Positions 20,465 to 26,386 of a stretch of DNA of 26,386 bases are shown here, one piece after another. The notes under the pieces are model-generated. The model did not search any database. It worked only from the letters and a program-made list of their open reading frames with translations, and had not been told where the DNA came from. Position 1 is the stretch's first letter. Each line of letters starts with the position of its first letter. Source of the DNA: Chiloscyllium plagiosum (lineage: Eukaryota); contig NC_057718.1 in NCBI RefSeq assembly GCF_004010195.1, positions 83,558,503-83,584,888 on the forward strand, given 5' to 3'. The position numbers and the translations under genes were made by a program.

Positions 20465-20862
20465 GCTGAGCTATGCTGCACTCTCAGGGTAAGTACTTTT
20501 TGGATGAAACTTTAATTTGAGGCCTCTTCTATCCTTTCAGGTGTCCTCAGCAGAAGATTCCATGACATTATCTGAAGAAGCTGAAAATGTGTTGCTGGAA
20601 AAGCGCAGCAGGTCAGGCAGCATCCAAGGAACAGGAGAATCGACGTTTCGGGCATAAGCCCTTCTTCAGGCTTCTTCGGGCTTATGCCCGAAACGTCGAT
20701 TCTCCTGTTCCTTGGATGCTGCCTGACCTGCTGCGCTTTTCCAGCAACACATTTTCAGCTCTGATCTCCAGCATCTGTAGCCCTCACTTTCTCACATTAT
20801 CTGAAGAAGAGCAGGGGAGTTCTCCCTGGTGTCCCGACTGATATTTATCATACTACTAACAA
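20465..20862 (+). mobile_element. DeuSINE (SacSINE1/AmnSINE1-like) remnant interrupted by a Penelope-like insertion
   Basis: After removing the insertion it reads tttggatgaaactttaatttgaggcc...tcaggtg...agattccatgacattatctgaagaagagcaggggagttctccctggtgtcc...atatttatc, resembling the Deu domain. Confidence 0.7.
20565..20809. mobile_element. Fold-back Penelope-like insertion, perfect 83-bp inverted repeat, 16-bp target duplication
   Basis: ACATTATCTGAAGAAG at 20565-20580 and 20794-20809; arms 20579-20661 and 20678-20760 are exact reverse complements. Confidence 0.92.
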
Positions 20863-21239
20863 GTAACACCAATGTTAACAGAACCTCCAGCAGCAATTAG
20901 TGATAGTGAGGGAAGGCAGCTGGCACAATTGATTGGATCCTCTCTGGAAAAAGATGGTGTCTTTGGGAGAAGGAAGCCTGATGGGAAGAAGCAGCAGATA
21001 AACAGAGGATTCCTCATCCCAATGTAAACCACAGGCTTCATTCTATATAAGTACTTCTCTATTTAACCTTAATTTCCCGTCACATTTGTGATAACCTGAT
21101 TCCAGTGACAAAAAGAATTCTTGCTTCATGATCTTTGCACTGTCTGTATGTTCAATTATCATTTTATATTTCTGGTGTAGTCAGTAGGATTCCATAACAC
21201 AGGCATCAAGTCATGGTGGATGAATTTGAAAGGTGCCTG

Positions 21240-24200
21240 GCCAAAGTGCAGCTGATGATGATGAGCATAAATTTGGCAAGTTGAAGGATTGTGCCTAATT
21301 GACATAGGAGTGGAGATGTCAGCCATTACTCAGCATTTTTTCAATGAGTGCATTCTCATTGATGTGTTAACCCTTATCTGCGTCTCTACTTCCCAGAGTT
21401 GGACATCCTCTCTCATGGCTACCTCAAGGTTTCCTTATCTGTCCTCAATCACACTTTTCATAGACTGGGGTTTCAGATAATTTGTGATTAATAATACAGT
21501 GGCAGTAAGAAAGTTAAGAATAAGCAGAGTGTTGGGGTCAACTCTGATAAGAGATATCTGGACATCCTTGGCAACTTTTATGAGCAGGTCAGCAGATGGG
21601 CACAGGAGTCTGTAACCTTCCTCAATGCACTTAAGGTGTATGACCCTGAACCAGATCCTGTAGCTGTTCAACTAGAGGAAAATAAGGCTTTTATTTTATC
21701 TGTCCACACTATCATTATTCTTGAAGGCTCCTACCAGCCATCTGCAACTGGTCAACATCGGACGTTGCTAGAGCATCATATATCACATACGGCAGAGCTC
21801 CCGATTTGTGTAACTCTGGGAGCATCCCCCATCACTGTGGGAGAAATGCATATGGTAGCCATGCAGATGTACAGGTTCAGCAACAAAGATGTTTAACTCC
21901 AATCAAGAACACTCATAGTTGGCTTTAAACTTGCCAATGTCATGGTTAGTGGATCGACTGGTGGCGATATCTCTAATCTCATTATAAAGAAGGATATTGG
22001 TAAGTCAGAGGAGACCTCAAGGAGGCATTGTACTTCTACTGTTACAGAGTGCAAGACAAATTTCAGTAAAGATGAGGATAGCATAGGATATTGTGACTTG
22101 TTAAACCACAGTGTAGTAGCTAAAATTGACCTCCAGTAAAGACCCCTTATCGCTGGAGAAAATCTGAGACAACTTTCAGTAGTCTTTTGAGTGAGGTGTC
22201 ATCCAAGAATCATCAAGTCTATGCATCTGTGTTATAGTTCTCATGAGGAAGAAAGATGGAAAACTGATGATCTGTGTCAATTATCGGCACAAAACACAAA
22301 GACTCAAAAGGACATTTATCCTCCAACTAGAATTGAAGAAGTATTACATGTCCACAAAGGTGCAAACTATTTCTGAAATCTCAACTTATCCCCTGGTTAT
22401 AACTGGCTACCCAACCCTGAACAAGATATTAAAAAGACAGCATTCCAAACAGGCAACTGGGAACTTATAAATTCACAAAAATGTCATTTGGGTTCTGGTG
22501 TGCACCACCACCTTAAAGTGCATGACTTTAATTTCCAATCCCGCCTTATCTATCTGGACAACACGCTCAAATTCAGCTTGACAGTCAATGAAATGCTTGT
22601 GAGATTCTACACCACTTTAGCTTGCTTGTTGCAGTTTAGCTTGAAAGTTAAATCAGAGAAGTGATAACTTTTCCGGTCAAAGGTATAATAATTTGGGCAC
22701 TTCATTGCCAAGGAAGGCCTTACTACTGACAATAAGAAATCTGAGTTATAGAGCAATAGTCCCAACCTAAGAAATAGAGAGAAATGCCAGGGATGTTTTG
22801 TATAGCTGGGGTTGCTGTAAGAGGTCAGTGTAAGATTACGCAAAGTTGGCTGTCGCACTCTGCAACTTGATAAGGAGATCAGAGAATGCTGAACGAGTGA
22901 ATGGGAAAGGATGTGCTACTTCATAATGCATTACAGCAAGTGAAGACTCCATCTGCACCCTCAGGCAGAAGCTTGTCTTATCAACTGTCCTTGGCTACCC
23001 AGAGTTCCAATTCCCCTCCATGCTGGAAACCAATGTCAATTCCATTGGGTAAGGAGCAGTGCAATCACAGATTCAGGGTAGAAAGGTGTAATCATCACTT
23101 ATACCAGTTGTAGTCTTAAGCTAAATGAAAGGGATAAGAAGAATTATTCCATATTAAACTCAAACTGCTAGCTTTGAAGTGGGCTATTTCCCAGAAATTC
23201 AGAAGCATTCAGATCTGTGCGAAGTTTAAAATGTTTACAGACAGCAACCTACTCAGCTAGTTTTAAACATCCACCAAACTTAGAGCAACAGAGACACAAT
23301 GGGCTGCTGAACTCATACAGTTTCAACCGTTGCTTGCATAATGCAAATGCTTATGCTCTTAGTCAGAAAACTAACCACAGGAAGAAACCTACTCTGCCCA
23401 GCTGGAGGGGGCTGTGTCTAATGTTATGCCCATACTCATGTTCTAAGTCAAAGGCAGCATCTGACCCCAATGCCCTATGAAATTTAGGCTAAGATTCAGT
23501 GGAGTATCACCAATGCACTTATAAATGAGATACAAACCAGGTCCAGACAGGTATGCTTTCACCTTTGCCATCTATCTTGAAAGAGGACCTCAGGTAACAT
23601 TATCTGAATGACACAGACATCAGTAGACCATTATTAGAAGACCCAATGTCCACCAAACCAGCACCAGATGACAAGGGCATGCCAAGTAAAGATGGAAATT
23701 ATCAAAGTGCTGGAAATTGGTCATGAAGAGGATGGGGTTCTCTATCAGCTGGTTCAAGACAAGCAGTGAGAGGTGAAGCAACTCGTCCTTCTTAGGTTCC
23801 TTTGTTTCTTATTTTGTCTGTTTCAGTGTTCCATGTCAGATTCACAGTGATGAGGGATGCAACTTCGGGAACAAGATTTTCCAGGAGTTTTGCAAAGTTG
23901 TGACATTGCCAAGAGTTGCACCATCCTCTATCATCCAGAGGGTAATGGACAGTGGAAATGATTCAAATGTACTCCACATGACTGTTGTACAGCTTGCCTT
24001 CTGAGAGTAAATGAAAGCGGCTGAATACCTTCTCTGGTTTAAATTTACTCAGCAACAAACTATTTTCTATACTATGTCTTCTTTGGATGAGACCCATTCC
24101 TTCTCATGGACCACCATCATGACCCAAAATGCCTTCCAAAGAGAGATGGCCAGTTTAATGAAAAGATAGCCGAACATCACATGAGTTTAAGCCGGACAAT

Positions 24201-24300
24201 TGACAGGTTGTCTGTGAGGACTGAGAGAGAAACACTGACAAGAAAACTTTGGATAATCGGAGGGCTGACAGGAGTGACCTTCCAATTAGTACAAGTGTAT
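21240..24300 (+). mobile_element. Heavily decayed Ty3/Gypsy pol (PR-RT-RNaseH-IN)
   Basis: CLIDIGVEMSAIT (protease); RKKDGKLMICVNYR and KDIYPPTRIEEVL..KGANYF, plus atctatctggacaac = IYLDN at ~22548 (RT); ctgctagctttgaagtgggctatt = LLALKWAI and NANAYALS (RNase H); tatcatccagagggtaatggacag = YHPEGNGQ at ~23929 (integrase). The domain order is Gypsy-type. Confidence 0.88.
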
Positions 24301-25892
24301 TCCTCTGAAATAGGAATATCCTGAGTTGGAATACAACCCAGGATGTGTGGAACTCTGAACTCCACAGAGTCATCAACCAGATAAACACAGGCAACCACAG
24401 CTACATTGTTGAACCAAGGCAGCCTCAGAAAATAGTTCACGGAGGGGATTTGTTTGAGGCGAGCTGTCTGGTGGATGATGTGGAGGCAAGCTGATCACTA
24501 TTTGCTATTGCAGAACCATAAGTGTCAATGGATGAATACTACAAATGAAGTGTAGTTGGATAGTGATGCAGAATCCTGGAGTGACCTGTGTGTTGTTGGT
24601 GCAGGGAGTACATCCAGCATGCAGAGGCTTAATCCCACGCTGGAAGATGTGCAGGGACAACCTGCTGAGAGGTACAAACTGAAGCAACAAGAGCACTGAC
24701 TGATCTAAACCCCAATGTGGGTGATCAGTTGCAGAGCCTGAAAGGTATCAATATAGGTAGGAGGCTGAGGAGGTCTTCTTGCACAAATGCTGGATATCAC
24801 TCCTAACCTCACCATTTGCTCAGTTTGATGATACAAGTAAAGAATGCTCCCACTAAGGTAGACTCAAACATTCTAGCCATCATGGCACAATCGAACTTCT
24901 TAATCAAGCATGCTCAGCAAATGGTCACTGTATGCTTATATAGTTGTCAATGAATAATCTATCAAACTCATTGCCAAAGCTTACCTGAATTTTGGAGCCA
25001 TTGTTTATAACATCTACTTTATGCAATTTTGCTGATGTGACACCACCCCTTTCAGTAGACTGAAATACAAAACGTCACGATAGAATATGATCGAATCTAA
25101 GTGAAAACTTGGTACAAAAAGAAACACAATTTTAGACATTTTCAATAGGAATGCTCCAAAGTGACCAGGACAATATCAATTAGCTTCAGTCTTTAAAAAT
25201 CAAAATCCAACATGGTTGAATTGTCACTTTTGGGATTGGTACATTTAGAAAACTCTTAGGGTAGTTTCCCTAGTGTACCAAACAGGACTGTGCCAATTAC
25301 TGAACTGTCTAACACTACTAACATATGTAGGGTCTGGGTAGAGGAGACGAGAGAGTTACATATTTGGCAGTTTGGGAATGGTTGTGTAGTGATTCGCTGC
25401 TGAAGGAACTGCTCATGTTGCTGACAGCTTGTTGGGAGAGGAGAGTTTCTGAATTTTGACCAGAAAGAAAAATACACTTCCTCAGAGTTGGGTCAGAGTT
25501 TAGAATTAGAGGGAAAAAATGTTGTACAGATTTTTCAGGTTTAGATCTAGTTCTACTTCTTTGTCATGATGGGGAAGTGTGACTGGTGGAATGGGAAAGT
25601 CTCCACTGATGTAATGTTAGGTTCCAACTGAGGGCCAGACTGCAGAGAGTCTCAGACAGGCTCCATCCAATCTCTACCTCTTCTACATTGATGGTCTTAA
25701 GGGAGCAGGCAGATTCTCAAGGCTAGGCCAAAGACATTGAAAGATTTAAGGTTGTTCTAGAGCACACCCTCCAGAGTGTGCTTCCAGTCTGTGGAAGGAA
25801 GGACTAAAGAATTTGGGCTTCCATTACTTGTAAAATGGGAGACTAAGACAATCTAATTGAAAAAAGACTTCCAACCTGGAGCAGGTAAATTG

Positions 25893-26386
25893 TTTTTTTT
25901 TATTATAGATATTTTTATTAGAAATTTAACATTTTTACAAGTTTACAAAAATAAACAAAACTCTCAGATATAAACATTGATATACAATTAGCTCAAATAT
26001 ACAATAGCCAAAATTTAACAAAAAAAACAAAACAACAAAAAAAACTGAAAAGAAAAAAAATCCGAAAAAAAAGAAAAAAAAGCAAACAAAACTAAACTAT
26101 CTACTAATCTAACCTACAACTAACCAGAGTGTATATTTAAGTCTCTTACATGCTCGGGATGTGTTAGCATCAGATATAATAAAACACGTATTCGTGCAGG
26201 ATTCCTCCCCCGAGGGGCCCCGGACCAGCCAGGTTTGTAATCTCAATTAAATAAAAGCCCTTGTTAGGATAGCCGAAATATCTGTATTTATGTAATTCAA
26301 AAAGGGCTGCCATATTTTATAAAATAATTCGGTCTTTCGGTGCACCATATTTGTAAGGAAGTCAAGGGGAACACATTCCATAATTA
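25893..26386 (-). mobile_element. L1-clade LINE 3' end, running off the right edge
   Basis: Poly(T) plus TTTATT at ~25893-25919. Minus frame 26384-26247 reads IMECVPLDFLTNMVHRKTELFYKIWQPFLNYINTDISAILTRAFI*, resembling fish L1 ORF2 C-termini. Confidence 0.8.

Noticed and set aside
20860..21240. 5' LTR and PBS for the plus-strand Gypsy
   Set aside because: I could not find a matching 3' LTR or a convincing TGG primer-binding site.

Overview
Eukaryotic genomic DNA, most likely from a cartilaginous fish (shark); this is inferred from HE1-type V-SINEs, a DeuSINE/SacSINE1-like remnant and the Penelope/CR1 repeat content. The only host gene I can support is the first coding exon of MAP4K3 on the minus strand (6077-6184). 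It has a CpG-rich promoter and 5'UTR, a flanking ~49-bp minisatellite, and intron 1 running off the left edge. The rest is layered transposon debris: CR1, RTE, Tx1/L1, two decayed Gypsy elements, a TA-flanked MITE, SINEs and several Penelope-like terminal fragments. Three things stand out. (1) At least three Penelope-like families carry covarying minimal hammerhead-ribozyme cores, often in fold-back insertions with long target duplications. (2) Tx1-like LINE 3' ends are stacked repeatedly at one exact site in a Gypsy LTR. (3) Three insertions contain DNA apparently copied from ~0.8-1 kb away. Repeat family names come from remembered motifs, not a database search, and boundaries of decayed elements are approximate. 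Most ORFs in the supplied track are spurious or transposon-derived.
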